Positions 46,455 to 57,024 are shown, counted from the stretch's first letter. The stretch is 64,000 bases of DNA from Candidatus Zhuqueibacterota bacterium (GCA_024655945.1 JANLFK010000001.1:588116-652115), one strand, 5' to 3'. Made by a program: numbers and translations. The notes: a model not told the origin generated them from the sequence alone.

Positions 46455-48845
46455 TCAGTACAGCCGTGCCAGACTCAACCCCACCGCCCAGGCCGATCGA
46501 TCCAGCCTCCTGGTCACATCGCATCGCAAAAAGCCCAGGAGCCCGCTGAGAGACAGGCCCAACTCCTGGTGGAACCCTGCCGAGAAATGCCCTTCCCCCT
46601 CCCGAAAAGAGGAATCGCCACGCCATGTCCGGGCCGCGCCGCCGTGCACGAGCAGCCCAATTCCTTGGTCAACCAGCCAGCGCAGGTCAAGAAGCTCGAA
46701 GGGCACCGTGCGGAAGTTGTGTTCCCAAGACAAGCCCAAGTACTTCTTCCCCTCGTACCAGCCGTGCAGCGTGCGCAATCCGCCAAAGGGGCTGAGGAAC
46801 GCCAACCGCCCCTCTATGGTGCCCAAGCGCTGCCTCGGGGCCAAGCCCTCTATCATCCCAGCGACCAGCCTTAGGTCCAACCGATTGGGCAACAAACGGC
46901 GACGCACAAAGGTGCTGGTGGCATAAGCCGCTTCGACCCGATAGCTCGTAAAAGAAAAATCGCTGCCGAACAGGCCGCGCAGGCAGCGCTCTACTTCCAC
47001 CTGCAGGCCCTTATGGCTGGTGACGCTCCAGGCGGAACCAAGCCCTCCGACGGTCAACTTGAACCGCACCGAGCCCAGGCGGCCCTCGTCCACAAGCGGA
47101 TTCGGGTGTTGGCAGCGCCTCGGGCTGAGCAGGGCAAAGTCGGTCTGCTTGGCCGCGGAGCTATGGCGTTCGGCCGCTACGGCCACCTCCATGGCCAAAT
47201 CCCACCGCCGTACCCGGTGGGTCAGCCCCACGGTCGTGCCGGTAAGCCAGAAGTAGTCGAAGTAGTCGGCAGCCCCGAAAAGATTTAGGAGGGAGTTGAA
47301 GACGCGCGGATAGAGGCTGCCGGCCGGCCTGGACGCAGTGTCGTGCAGATGGCGCACCCAGGCCTGGGTGTTCTTCCCTGCCGGCGCGGCGAAAGCCAGT
47401 TGGTAGGACCATTGGCGTAGGCCAGTCTTGTAGCCGCCGCCACCCTGCACCTGCCAGCCCTTCGCTGGGCGAGACTGGTAGACTGCCCCGAGGTGCAGTC
47501 CGTCGACGCGATCGTAGCGCAGGTCGGGGAGCACGCTACCACGGTTGCTTTTCCGCCTGGTCGCCCTGGTCTCAGCGGCTTCGCTGCGCTCAGACCCTTC
47601 CCGTGATTCTGCCCGTACGGAGGCCTTCACCAGCCTGGCCAGCGGCCCCTTCGGACGGAACTGCTGCTGCAGGGTCCATGTGCTGTCCACCCGCTGGTAG
47701 GCCACCAGCTCCGGCTCGGTGAGGGGCACCGCTCTCACCCCGCGCGCCAAGAGCGTGTCCTGCTGAACCACCAACGAGTCAAGGGATACCACGCGTCGCC
47801 TGGCGTAGAGACTATCCGGCAGGGGCACATTGACCTGGTAGTCGGTGAGCCTGGCCAGGCGGTCGTACTTTATCGTCGGGAAGCGAAGGCCCGGCACCCC
47901 AACGCGCACCTCGCCGTGCTCCTGCATGTCCACCGGCAACCAGAACTCCTGCCCGAAGCTGTGAAAATGTTGTCGCAACTGCACCTGCCACTCTTCCACC
48001 GGGAACGGCAACTGCAGGGCATTGCCCGGCTGCAGCTCTGCCCCAACCAAGGCATAGGCAGAGTCCAGAACCGCGAGGGTGCCAGAGAAGCACGGTTGCA
48101 GCTGAGTCTTGGGGCTCACCGCAATGTCGTAGATGATCCCTTGGTCCATCCCCCGGCGCCCCAACAGGACAAACCGATAATGGTCAAGTGCTTCTGGACT
48201 GGTCACGCCCACGAACTTGTTCCCCAAAACCTCGACGTCATCATCGTAAAAGTTGGGAAAACCGACGGCGAAGATCATCGCCTCCTTGGGGACATTGCTC
48301 GTTTGGATACGGGAAGTGACCACCTCGCGCGAGCCTCGCGTGCCGTCCCAAAACAGGCGCGAGGTGCTCTCCAGGATCATGACCATAGCTGTGTCATTGG
48401 AGACCGAGAATCGCGAAAATGCCTCAGCGGCAAAGGTGCGCAGTTTGCCGCGCCACTGCTGTTTGCGCCGGATCACCTCGCGCATGATGGCCACTGCCGG
48501 ATCCTCACTGGTGACCACTACCGGCGGCAATTCCACCACTGTCGGCCGCAAATGGATATCCACAAGCTCCGGCGTAGCGGCAGTGACCACAATGCGCTCA
48601 GAGTGGTACCCGATGTAGCGGACTTGCACAGTGGCAGGCACGTGCGGGATCAGCAGGCTGTACTGGCCCTGGGCATTGCTGGTGGTGCCGCGGTAGGTGC
48701 CCTCAATCCAAACATTCGCCAGGGGGAGCGCCTCTCCTGTGCGGGCGTCGCGGACCGTGCCATGAATGCGGACTTCTTGCGCAAGAGTGTGAGCTTCCCC
48801 CACTGCGAAAAGACAAAACGCTATGAGCGCGTGGAGTCTGCTCAT
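46455..48845 (-). CDS. CarboxypepD_reg-like + DUF5686-type outer-membrane protein
   Basis: Signal MSRLHALIAFCLFAVGEAHTLAQ; N-terminal GTVRDARTGEALPLANVWIEGTYRGTTSNAQGQYSL; about 800 aa beta-rich body. Confidence 0.75.
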   Translation of the reverse strand: MSRLHALIAFCLFAVGEAHTLAQEVRIHGTVRDARTGEALPLANVWIEGTYRGTTSNAQGQYSLLIPHVPATVQVRYIGYHSERIVVTAATPELVDIHLRPTVVELPPVVVTSEDPAVAIMREVIRRKQQWRGKLRTFAAEAFSRFSVSNDTAMVMILESTSRLFWDGTRGSREVVTSRIQTSNVPKEAMIFAVGFPNFYDDDVEVLGNKFVGVTSPEALDHYRFVLLGRRGMDQGIIYDIAVSPKTQLQPCFSGTLAVLDSAYALVGAELQPGNALQLPFPVEEWQVQLRQHFHSFGQEFWLPVDMQEHGEVRVGVPGLRFPTIKYDRLARLTDYQVNVPLPDSLYARRRVVSLDSLVVQQDTLLARGVRAVPLTEPELVAYQRVDSTWTLQQQFRPKGPLARLVKASVRAESREGSERSEAAETRATRRKSNRGSVLPDLRYDRVDGLHLGAVYQSRPAKGWQVQGGGGYKTGLRQWSYQLAFAAPAGKNTQAWVRHLHDTASRPAGSLYPRVFNSLLNLFGAADYFDYFWLTGTTVGLTHRVRRWDLAMEVAVAAERHSSAAKQTDFALLSPRRCQHPNPLVDEGRLGSVRFKLTVGGLGSAWSVTSHKGLQVEVERCLRGLFGSDFSFTSYRVEAAYATSTFVRRRLLPNRLDLRLVAGMIEGLAPRQRLGTIEGRLAFLSPFGGLRTLHGWYEGKKYLGLSWEHNFRTVPFELLDLRWLVDQGIGLLVHGGAARTWRGDSSFREGEGHFSAGFHQELGLSLSGLLGFLRCDVTRRLDRSAWAVGLSLARLY

Positions 48846-48883
48846 TGGCAACTTGCCTCATAATAGCTCAAGAACCGGCAGGC

Positions 48884-48917
48884 CGGCATTGGCCTGTACG
48901 GGCGCACAGGCCAATGC
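48884..48917. terminator. perfect 13-bp inverted repeat hairpin (likely terminator of the minus-strand four-helix-bundle gene)
   Basis: GGCATTGGCCTGT-acgggcgc-ACAGGCCAATGCC. Confidence 0.4.
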
Positions 48918-48960
48918 CACACCGACCCGAGAGCAGCGCTTTGCATCTTGACGGAAGCGA

Positions 48961-49344
48961 TTACTGCTGGCCGCGATTCTGCTGGGGCCGCGCCGAGCGC
49001 ACCAGGCGACTCAGCATCCGGCCCACCTCCTCGCCGAGATTCCAGAGCGCCTCAAACTCCTTGAGCAATCCCAAGTCGCGCGCCAGGATGAGGTAGTAGC
49101 GGGCACGCTCCAAGGCTGACAGGCTCTCGCTGTAGAGGCGCAGCTTTTCCGGCTGGATCCTGCAGCGGAACCCTGCGGCAATGTTGGCCGGCACGGCGGC
49201 AATCGCCTTGCGCAGCTCCGCAGCCAGGCCGTCGCGTTCTTCCTTGGGGAATTTCTTCGTGGCTCTGAATATCTCCAAAGTGAGTTGGTGGCTCCTTTGC
49301 CACACAACCAGGTCGTGGAAAGTAATCCTCTTTTCTTGTTCCAT
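48961..49344 (-). CDS. four-helix-bundle protein (23S rRNA intervening-sequence protein family)
   Basis: MEQEKRITFHDLVVWQRSHQLTLEIFRATKKFPKEERDGLAAELRKAIAAVPANIAAGF...; start at internal ATG 49344. Confidence 0.7.
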   Translation of the reverse strand: MEQEKRITFHDLVVWQRSHQLTLEIFRATKKFPKEERDGLAAELRKAIAAVPANIAAGFRCRIQPEKLRLYSESLSALERARYYLILARDLGLLKEFEALWNLGEEVGRMLSRLVRSARPQQNRGQQ

Positions 49345-49387
49345 GCTTGTTGCCTTTCGGTTGAGGAGGCCCCCGCAGAAGCTTCCG

Positions 49388-51385
49388 CTACCGCGGGTAG
49401 CCCGCGTAGCGCAGCATCTGGCCCAGGAAATCACAAGGATAGGTCACCATGACATCTATGGGCTTGCCATTCGCGTCGGTGACCAGGGACAACTCAGGAT
49501 TCACGTAGGCAGTGTAGGTGGGCAAGTCGAGCTTGGCAAAACGCGCCACTACCTCATCGCGCAGCACAGGATCGAGAGAGCTGCCGTAGGTGGTGACTAG
49601 CGCCCGGGCCGCCTGATAGTCCCCTTGCGCCTTGATGCGCATGATCTCGGCCAAGAGGCGCCCCACGCCGGCATGCATCGCCGCATAGTGCCTCACGCGC
49701 AAGTAGCTCTTCCCCCCTTTGCGCTCCAAGGCGATGGCGTCGGTGGTGGCACGCAGGTAGCTGACGATCAAGTGGGCGGCGCGGTCGTGGTCCTCTTCGA
49801 TGGTCGTGGCGTGCGGGTACAGGCGGAGCAGGGTCAGGTCATCGCGCGCATAGTCGTCGTAGGCAGCCTTGCCGACTTCCTCAGAATTGCTCACCAGGCC
49901 GATCTCCACCAGCTTGGGGTCGAAGATGTTCCACAGTGCCATTAGGTCCGCGCGGGCCTCCTCCAGCGTCGAGTAGTACTCCCTGAGAAAGTCGGAGGGG
50001 TCCCTGCCCAGAGCCGGGTCTGCTTTGCCACTGCCATGGCCGACCACTTCGTGCAGCGCCAGGCAGGCGTCGGCCGCCTGGTCTCCCCACTTCTTGGCGC
50101 GTCGCAGTTCGCCGCTTGTGGCGCAGAACTCACGCAGCAAGGCTTCCGATTGGGCACGGCGCCGCGCGGCAATCATGTTCTGCAAGGTGATGCTCTTGCT
50201 GCCATGTTGCTCGCGGATCCACTGCTCATTGGGCAAGTTGATGCCCGCCCAGCCGATAGGTCCTTGATCCCCGGTCTGCGTGAGCACCTTGATGGCACTT
50301 GCTACCGGCGGGTGCACGCCCTGCTTCTTGAAAGCTTCGTCCCAAGGCGCACGATCTTCGAAATACTGGGCCGCAGCCGCCAAGGCGCGCATCTTCGCCG
50401 TGGTCTCCTCGTCGACAAAGAAGACGATCCCTTCCCAGGCGCCCTTCACCGCACGCGCGTCAAGGTAGGTCTCCACAAAGCCATTGATGGTATCCACGAG
50501 CGGGTCGTCGCGCACCCATAGCAGGTAAAAGTTGTAGAACTCCCGGACGTCGCCGGTCCGGTAGTAGGCGATCAGGTGCCGCAACGCCTGACGTTGTGCT
50601 CCCTCCGCCACGGCCTCTGCCCGCTCCAAATGGGAAACGACCGCCGCCAACTCGGCAGCATAGCGTCCAGGCGGAATGCTGTCGGTGCCAACCCGGTAGA
50701 CCTCCTCCACCAACTGTCCATCTCTCTTCACCAGGCGAGAGTTGAGCGGGTAGCGCTCGGCAAACCGCTCCACCTCGGCCAGCGTGACGCCTTCGTACAG
50801 GTTGTTGGCGCTGGCGGTCAGGATGTCCTGACCAGGTCCCGGCGTCTTGTTGGTCTTGAAAGGCTCATAAGCCGGGTCAAAGATGGTTGGGCGCAGGCGT
50901 TCTATCAGTGCCTCCAACGATTCGCCCTCTGCACCCTGGATCGAGGCGCCATTGCGCACGGCGATGCGCGCGGCGGCAAGCAGCTCCTCGGGGGTAAAGT
51001 CGGGCACGAACTTGGCAAACGACCGGCTGTAGTAGTGGCCATTGTTGATCCACACCAGCTTGGCATAATGCACGATGCGATCCAAGAGCGGCTGCTCGAT
51101 GCCCTGCGGGTGGAGGATGATCTGCTCGAGCATGCGGCGGATCTCCAGGGCGTGGCGGTGATTCTGGTCGTACATGATGTCGCGCCCGGCGATGGCCGCC
51201 TCACAGAGGTGGTAGGCGAGCACTTTCTGCTGCAGGGGCAGACGCTCGAATCCGTCCGCATACATCTGCACGATCTGCGTGTTCCCCACCCGTTCGAGGA
51301 AATAGCGGCGTTGGTTGCCCCCACACGCCACGAGGAGCACCGCCAACACGATGGCGCCTAACGAGTACGTCGCTTTGCCAGCCAA
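49388..51385 (-). CDS. dipeptidyl-peptidase III-like M49 zinc metallopeptidase, lipoprotein
   Basis: HEVVGHGSG (HExxGH) and EEARAD second zinc-binding motif; lipobox LLVACGG; TTG start at 51385 with GGGAGGAAGC upstream. Confidence 0.8.
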   Translation of the reverse strand: MAGKATYSLGAIVLAVLLVACGGNQRRYFLERVGNTQIVQMYADGFERLPLQQKVLAYHLCEAAIAGRDIMYDQNHRHALEIRRMLEQIILHPQGIEQPLLDRIVHYAKLVWINNGHYYSRSFAKFVPDFTPEELLAAARIAVRNGASIQGAEGESLEALIERLRPTIFDPAYEPFKTNKTPGPGQDILTASANNLYEGVTLAEVERFAERYPLNSRLVKRDGQLVEEVYRVGTDSIPPGRYAAELAAVVSHLERAEAVAEGAQRQALRHLIAYYRTGDVREFYNFYLLWVRDDPLVDTINGFVETYLDARAVKGAWEGIVFFVDEETTAKMRALAAAAQYFEDRAPWDEAFKKQGVHPPVASAIKVLTQTGDQGPIGWAGINLPNEQWIREQHGSKSITLQNMIAARRRAQSEALLREFCATSGELRRAKKWGDQAADACLALHEVVGHGSGKADPALGRDPSDFLREYYSTLEEARADLMALWNIFDPKLVEIGLVSNSEEVGKAAYDDYARDDLTLLRLYPHATTIEEDHDRAAHLIVSYLRATTDAIALERKGGKSYLRVRHYAAMHAGVGRLLAEIMRIKAQGDYQAARALVTTYGSSLDPVLRDEVVARFAKLDLPTYTAYVNPELSLVTDANGKPIDVMVTYPCDFLGQMLRYAGYPR

Positions 51386-51938
51386 GCTTCCTCCCTGGTC
51401 CAGTCAAACTTTCCAACAAGCGGCAGGGTAAGATACGCAATCCACAGTGCAAAAGCAACGAATTTTTCGCGCCAGGTCCGCGCAACAGGTGCCACAAGCC
51501 TCGCAGCGACCGGCCAAGGGTCGACAGACAACATGAAGAACCTTTCCCGTGCCCCCGTGCAACAAAGATCTCGGGTTTGCGGCCGGAGACTGCCGGTGCG
51601 CCGTGCCGACGCCCACGCGGGCTGGTCATCATGCTACAGGTGCAGCCTCCCTTGCGCATGTGGACTGCGAGCAGGGTTCCTCACCGGCTCATGCGCCGGA
51701 GCCCCGGCGAGGAGCCTCCTGCGTTGACCTCTCTGGTCACCCCGTTGTCTTTCTCTCGCTCCCTTTTGGATTGGCGGAGGCCCCACACCTCCGTATGGTG
51801 AGGACGGCAACGACCGTTCCTGCGACCCCTGAGGAGGGCAAGGAGCTCCCAGGCGCGGCAGCCGCCAGATCCATGCAGTGCTTGCCCCTAACAAAAAAGC
51901 CCTCCCGCAATATGTGGGAGGGCTCGACGTTAGGCACC

Positions 51939-52997
51939 TTATGCCTTGCTGACCTTCTTGGGCAGCTCGTCGATCCACTTGGTCAAAGCATCGTACTTGA
52001 TCTTGGCCACTTTATAGACCAAGTTGTCGTACTGCACAAACATGAAGTAGCCTTTGTCCTTCTCAAACTCGCGGCCGAACACGACGTTGTAGCGCGAAGG
52101 ATCATTCTGCTTCGTGAAGACCATGAAAAGGCTGGGCCGGTCAAACTGGTAGCGGCTCTGCTTGCCCAGGTCGGCCAGGGTGTTGCCAATTCGGTCGACC
52201 ACTTCCTGCGCGTAAACATAGGTCACGTCGCCCAGGAATCTATCCACTTCTTTTTGGTCGATCTTGAGCTGCCGTCCGCCGCGGACCAACACCCATTCGT
52301 ACTCCTTCCTGCTCGCCGAGTCCGAGCTGGCGGAGGCGGCCTTTTGCACGCGGCGGATGACCACCTCTTTCCCGCCGCTGGCCATGGCTACCAGCTCGAG
52401 GTCCTTCTTCTCCAGCTTCACCGCGGTGAGGTCCACAAAGGAGTTGTCATTAAAGCGCGACAGAGTATCCAACTCGCCGTAGATGGCCAAGCTGGAGAGT
52501 ATGTTCTTGTCCACGGCATAAATCTTCTCGCGATTGGCGAAACGGACAAAGCCGGTGTTGTAGTCGTCACCCCGCTTGCCGATAATCAGGTTGGCCAAGG
52601 GTTTCTGCGCAGCGTCCTTGAGGATCAAGTGCACGCCCTGGTCGTCCCCGACCTGGAAGGTCGCAAAGTGCTTGGGGTCAGCGGCCCTCACCCTGCCGGT
52701 CATCTCCAGTAGGTCGTCGATGATGCGGTTGACGCTGTACTCGCGCGCCTTGGCGTTGAGCCTGGTGGGAATGTACCACTGCTTATCCTTTTTCACAAAC
52801 TCCATGCGGATCTCGCCACCGGGGGTCTGCTTGTACACCTCGATGGCCTGCACATCGTCGCGGCCCACGCCGATGACCACACTCTGCTGCAGTTCATCAA
52901 CGTTGACCGTCTTCATGCGCGGCTTGGTCACGAAAAATAGCAGCAGCAGCGCGCAGAAGACGCCACCCAGGATGTAGAGTTGCTTTTCCTTCATCAT
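51939..52997 (-). CDS. DUF4340 domain protein (GldG-associated)
   Basis: ATG at 52997 with GAGGGAAG upstream; N-terminal TM MMKEKQLYILGGVFCALLLLFFV; last gene of the gldA-F-G operon. Confidence 0.75.
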   Translation of the reverse strand: MMKEKQLYILGGVFCALLLLFFVTKPRMKTVNVDELQQSVVIGVGRDDVQAIEVYKQTPGGEIRMEFVKKDKQWYIPTRLNAKAREYSVNRIIDDLLEMTGRVRAADPKHFATFQVGDDQGVHLILKDAAQKPLANLIIGKRGDDYNTGFVRFANREKIYAVDKNILSSLAIYGELDTLSRFNDNSFVDLTAVKLEKKDLELVAMASGGKEVVIRRVQKAASASSDSASRKEYEWVLVRGGRQLKIDQKEVDRFLGDVTYVYAQEVVDRIGNTLADLGKQSRYQFDRPSLFMVFTKQNDPSRYNVVFGREFEKDKGYFMFVQYDNLVYKVAKIKYDALTKWIDELPKKVSKA

Positions 52998-53049
52998 AGC
53001 GCTTCCCTCATTGCTTACTGGCACGTTCCCTGGGGCGCCAGCCCATGCC

Positions 53050-54825
53050 TCACTTCATCTTCCGCCGCATGGTGAGCACCACGCCGAGCGCCACAAAGCA
53101 GAGAGCCGGGAACCAGACGACGAAGAACTTGGCCAGCGACTTGCCAAAGGCGCTGGTCTCTTTGATGCGCCGCGCTTCGATGTTCTTGGCGCGGATGTGA
53201 ATGAGCTCATCGCCAAGCGTCAAGGCATCCACACTGTTCAGCAAGAGCGCCTTGTGGCTGTCCACGGCACGGAGCACGTCATCCTTGAACATGTTGCTGC
53301 AGCCGTAGGCGATGATCTTGGTCGGGGCGCCCGGTCCGGTAATGAGCGGCGCAGCCGTGCTGTCCACCCCAGAACCTTCGCTGGACCACTTCGGAGGCGG
53401 CTGGTCAAGGTAGCGAGCGCTGAAGGTTCCCTCAATCAGCACGCCGAGCGGCTGCCGCCGCAAAAAGTCGCCGGAGGCCGGCTCGGAGGTGTCCACAGGC
53501 CGATAACCCAGGCTCTCTGTAGTCCAACTATGGTTGCTTGAGGTAAAAAGTACGGTCGCCTTGAGATGGTCCTTTTCCAAGATCTCGTTGTACAGGTTCA
53601 GCCGGTTGCCGTACATGTAGAACAGCTCGGTGATCTTGTTGGCCACCGATACACGGCTGTTGATGTTCTCCTGGTTGACCTTGATGATGACCGGCTTGCT
53701 CACCGGCTCGTAGCTCTGCTCCTGGATCTGGAAGATACCCATGCGTCGGGTGCGGTAGGTAGGCACCTGGACGAAGGCGGCGCTGCGGTCCATGAAGATC
53801 TTGGTGTCGATCTCAAAGCCATAGTTCTTCGTTAGGCTGTTGATGTTGATGCGGGTAGGCATGGCCTGCACATCGAATCCCCCAGATGCGCCGCCGCGGG
53901 CGGGGTAGATCTGGTAGTTGTACGTCTGCCCCGCTAACACCAACCGCACGCCCTTGTGCACCAGCCGGTCGATTTCGTAGAGCTGCCGTTCGGTGAGCGG
54001 TTCGTCCACCATCATCACCATCGTCTGGATGTCGCCGGGGATGGTGTCATCCTTGGTGATGTTGGTGCGAACCACGTCATAGCCGGCGTTGCGCAGCAGC
54101 TCGACTGCCATGCTGTAGGCATCAGGCGGCGACTGTTGGAACTGGCGGTACTGCGGAGGAGTCTCGGGCTGGTCCGGGAAGAACCCCACCTTAGGCCGCT
54201 TGGTGGCAGTCAGCTTGTAGATGCGGGAGACGATCTCATATTCCAAGCTGCCGAACATCTCCGGCCGCACTTGCTCGATCACATCTTCCTTGCGGTCCAG
54301 GTAGGATAGGACAAGCGACGAGTAGATACGTTTGACGGCAAATTCGTCGCGCTCGGCGCTCTGCACGCCAAATGGCCCCACCCCCTTTTCCGCCAGTCGC
54401 TCGGCAATGCGTTTGCGCGGCGCGGGTTTGCTGGCTTGGCCCTTCTCCTCCTTCTCTTTGGCGCGGCGTTCCTCGTATGCTTCGCGCTCCTCCTCAGCAG
54501 AGGGGTCGAACACCTTGTAGGTGACCCTCCCCTTGGAGGCCAACTTCAGCTCCTCAAGCTTGTCGATGACGTCCCGCTCCAAGTTCTTCCACTTGGTCGG
54601 CATCTTCTCCGACGAGGAGACGTAGTAGGTGATTTCGATGGGCGCTTCTAACCGCGACAAAATCTTCTCCACCGAGGGCGAAAGTTTGTAGACCTGCTCG
54701 GCAGTCAGGTCGAAGCGACCGAGGTTGAGATTGTCGAAAACCATGATGACCAACAGGGCGATGCCCAAGAGCAGCCCTGAGCCGATCAAGAAGGTCCTAA
54801 TGAAGAGCTTGCGTAGGTTCTTCAT
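53050..54825 (-). CDS. gldG: GldG-family ABC transporter auxiliary component
   Basis: 591 aa, N- and C-terminal TM anchors, GldG-like periplasmic body; directly downstream of the permease gene. Confidence 0.85.
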   Translation of the reverse strand: MKNLRKLFIRTFLIGSGLLLGIALLVIMVFDNLNLGRFDLTAEQVYKLSPSVEKILSRLEAPIEITYYVSSSEKMPTKWKNLERDVIDKLEELKLASKGRVTYKVFDPSAEEEREAYEERRAKEKEEKGQASKPAPRKRIAERLAEKGVGPFGVQSAERDEFAVKRIYSSLVLSYLDRKEDVIEQVRPEMFGSLEYEIVSRIYKLTATKRPKVGFFPDQPETPPQYRQFQQSPPDAYSMAVELLRNAGYDVVRTNITKDDTIPGDIQTMVMMVDEPLTERQLYEIDRLVHKGVRLVLAGQTYNYQIYPARGGASGGFDVQAMPTRININSLTKNYGFEIDTKIFMDRSAAFVQVPTYRTRRMGIFQIQEQSYEPVSKPVIIKVNQENINSRVSVANKITELFYMYGNRLNLYNEILEKDHLKATVLFTSSNHSWTTESLGYRPVDTSEPASGDFLRRQPLGVLIEGTFSARYLDQPPPKWSSEGSGVDSTAAPLITGPGAPTKIIAYGCSNMFKDDVLRAVDSHKALLLNSVDALTLGDELIHIRAKNIEARRIKETSAFGKSLAKFFVVWFPALCFVALGVVLTMRRKMK

Positions 54826-54827
54826 GG

Positions 54828-55556
54828 CTAATACTTTCTCCCATCCAGGTACTTGATGTTCAACGTGATGAACAGAGCACTCAAGGAGAGGAAGTAAACG
54901 AGGCTGCGGACGTCAATCACGCCGCGAGCGATGTCGTTAAAGTGCCGGGTGACGCCCACGTAGCTGTACAAGAAATCGCCGAGACCAGGGAACCACCCGT
55001 CGATGACCATCGGCACGTACTGCCAGCCAATGAGGGCAAAGAACCCGCACACCAGGCTGGTAATAATCAGCGAAACGATCTGGTCGGCAAAGAAGCCGGA
55101 GATGAAGATGCCGACCGCCAAGTAGAAGGCGCCCAAGAGCACCGCGCCGAAGTAGCCACCGATGATGGGCCCAAAGTCCGGCTTGCCCAGGAACAGCAGC
55201 ATGATGGGAATCGCCAGCGTGCCAGCCAGCGCCACCAGGTAGAAGGCAAGGCCGGCCAAGTACTTGCCCAGCACCACGTGCTCGGCCTTCATGGGCAGCG
55301 TGAGCAGCAGTTCGATGGTGCCCAGCTTCTTCTCCTCAGACCACAGGCGCATGCAGATGGCCGGGATGAAGATCAGCGCCAAGGTCACCGGCAGCGCCGA
55401 GAAGAACGCGCGCATGTCGGCGTTGCCGAAGAAGAAGAAGTGAAACATGTACAAGCCGCAGTTGAGCACGATGAAGATGATGCTGAACACGTAAGCTATG
55501 GGTGAATAGAAGTAGGCGGCGAACTCCCGTTTGAAAATGATCCAGATGTCTTTCAT
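54828..55556 (-). CDS. gldF: ABC-2 type transporter permease (GldF-like)
   Basis: 242 aa, six TM helices, MKDIWIIFKREFAAYFYSPIAYVF. Confidence 0.85.
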   Translation of the reverse strand: MKDIWIIFKREFAAYFYSPIAYVFSIIFIVLNCGLYMFHFFFFGNADMRAFFSALPVTLALIFIPAICMRLWSEEKKLGTIELLLTLPMKAEHVVLGKYLAGLAFYLVALAGTLAIPIMLLFLGKPDFGPIIGGYFGAVLLGAFYLAVGIFISGFFADQIVSLIITSLVCGFFALIGWQYVPMVIDGWFPGLGDFLYSYVGVTRHFNDIARGVIDVRSLVYFLSLSALFITLNIKYLDGRKY

Positions 55557-55571
55557 GTCTCGCCTCCCTTC

Positions 55572-56549
55572 TTACGCCTGAGCTTGCTTTCCAGGCTGCC
55601 CGGCGCGCTCCTCTGCGCCGCCGCCTTGGGTGAGAAGGATGAACGAGTCCTCCAGCGACAGCTTCTCCGGATGGAACTCCAGAATGTCCCACTGGGCCTC
55701 ACGAATGACGCGGTTCAAATCCGCGATGAGGTCCTTGCCCGCGTCGTAAGAGAGGGTGCAGCGCGTCACGCCTCGCTCCCCACCGTCGCGGAAGGTGACG
55801 TCCAGGAGATTGTCCAGCCCCTTCAGGCGCTGCTCCACCTCCTTGCGCGGCGCTTTCACCGCCAAGGACAACGACGTGCGCGTTGCCAGCTTGTTGCGCA
55901 GCTCCTCGAAATTGCCGTCGGCCACCAGCCTGCCCTGGTTGATTACCAACACGCGATCCGCAACTGTGGCCACCTCCGGCAAGATGTGCGTGCTGAGGAT
56001 AATCGTCTTGTCGTGTGCCAACTTCTTGACCAGATTGCGGATGCCGATGATTTGCAGCGGGTCAAGACCCGAGGTGGGCTCGTCCAGAATCAGAACATCT
56101 GGGTCATGGATGAGCGCCTGGGCGAGGCAAGTGCGCTGGCGAAAACCTTTCGACAGCACGCCGATCTTGCGCTTGAGCACCGACTCCAGGCCGCAGGCCT
56201 CAATTACCCACGCCATGCGCTCGTTCAGCTTGCCGTTCAGGTGCCTGGCCTCGCCAATGAAGCGGAGGTACTCGGAGACCAACATGTCGGCGTACAGCGG
56301 CACTGTCTCCGGCAGGTACCCGATGATGCGGCGCACATCGTAGGGGTTTTCCAGCACGTCGTAGCCCCCCACCCGTGCCGTCCCCGAGGTGGGGGCCGTG
56401 TAGGTAGTGATAATCTTCATTGCCGTGGTCTTCCCGGCACCGTTCGGCCCCACAAAACCCACGATCTCACCCTTCTTGATCGTGCAGGTCACATCCTCGA
56501 GGGCAGTGGTCAAGCCGTACCGCTTGGTGAGGTTCTGCAGTTCGATCAT
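55572..56549 (-). CDS. gldA: ABC transporter ATP-binding protein (GldA-like)
   Basis: Walker A GPNGAGKTT, signature LSKGFRQR, Walker B VLILDEPTSGLD. Confidence 0.9.
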   Translation of the reverse strand: MIELQNLTKRYGLTTALEDVTCTIKKGEIVGFVGPNGAGKTTAMKIITTYTAPTSGTARVGGYDVLENPYDVRRIIGYLPETVPLYADMLVSEYLRFIGEARHLNGKLNERMAWVIEACGLESVLKRKIGVLSKGFRQRTCLAQALIHDPDVLILDEPTSGLDPLQIIGIRNLVKKLAHDKTIILSTHILPEVATVADRVLVINQGRLVADGNFEELRNKLATRTSLSLAVKAPRKEVEQRLKGLDNLLDVTFRDGGERGVTRCTLSYDAGKDLIADLNRVIREAQWDILEFHPEKLSLEDSFILLTQGGGAEERAGQPGKQAQA

Positions 56550-56664
56550 GGCTATCCCTCTGTTTTGACCTCCACTATGCCCACTGAAAACTCAATTCGC
56601 CGAATTGAACGAGAAAAAAGCCTTTGGAGTTCCGGCGAAATTCGCATAGATTTTCGCGCTGGCT

Positions 56665-56693
56665 TATATACAAAATTTCCGTCTTTTCGTCAA
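56665..56693 (-). promoter_or_regulatory. sigma-70-like promoter for the gldA operon (TTGACG-17-TATATA)
   Basis: Minus strand TTGACG (plus 56688-56693), 17-nt spacer, TATATA (plus 56665-56670). Confidence 0.45.
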
Positions 56694-57024
56694 CCGAAAA
56701 GTGAGCTGGCAGGGAAGGAGCTGCGGGGAGTGTGGGAAGGCAGACGGTCGCCACCCCCAAGCGGCGACGGTGATCGCCTATGACGGACGGAGCTATCGGC
56801 CAGGGTTTCCCAGCAAGCGCCGGCGGAGAGCCTCCGGCGCCAACCTCGTGCACGAGGATGGACTCAGGCTGGTCTGCACCGCCCGTGTGGCGAAGAGGCG
56901 TGCCTTCGCCGGCCTGATCTGGCCGCCATGACGCCGTGTGGCACTCGCCTTTTGCTCCGATCATACCTGCTGCTCTCGCATGACGCTGGAGGCGCAAGCC
57001 AGTACCCCCATTCCGAGGTCACTC

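Noticed and set aside
51549-52712. 387-aa plus-strand ORF
   Set aside because: Antisense to the DUF4340 gene, which has a clear start and RBS; low-complexity translation.
56939-56955. Sigma-54 promoter (TGGCAC ... TTGC) upstream of gene 57025
   Set aside because: The GG-to-GC spacing is two nucleotides longer than the -24/-12 consensus, so a functional sigma-54 promoter is unlikely.
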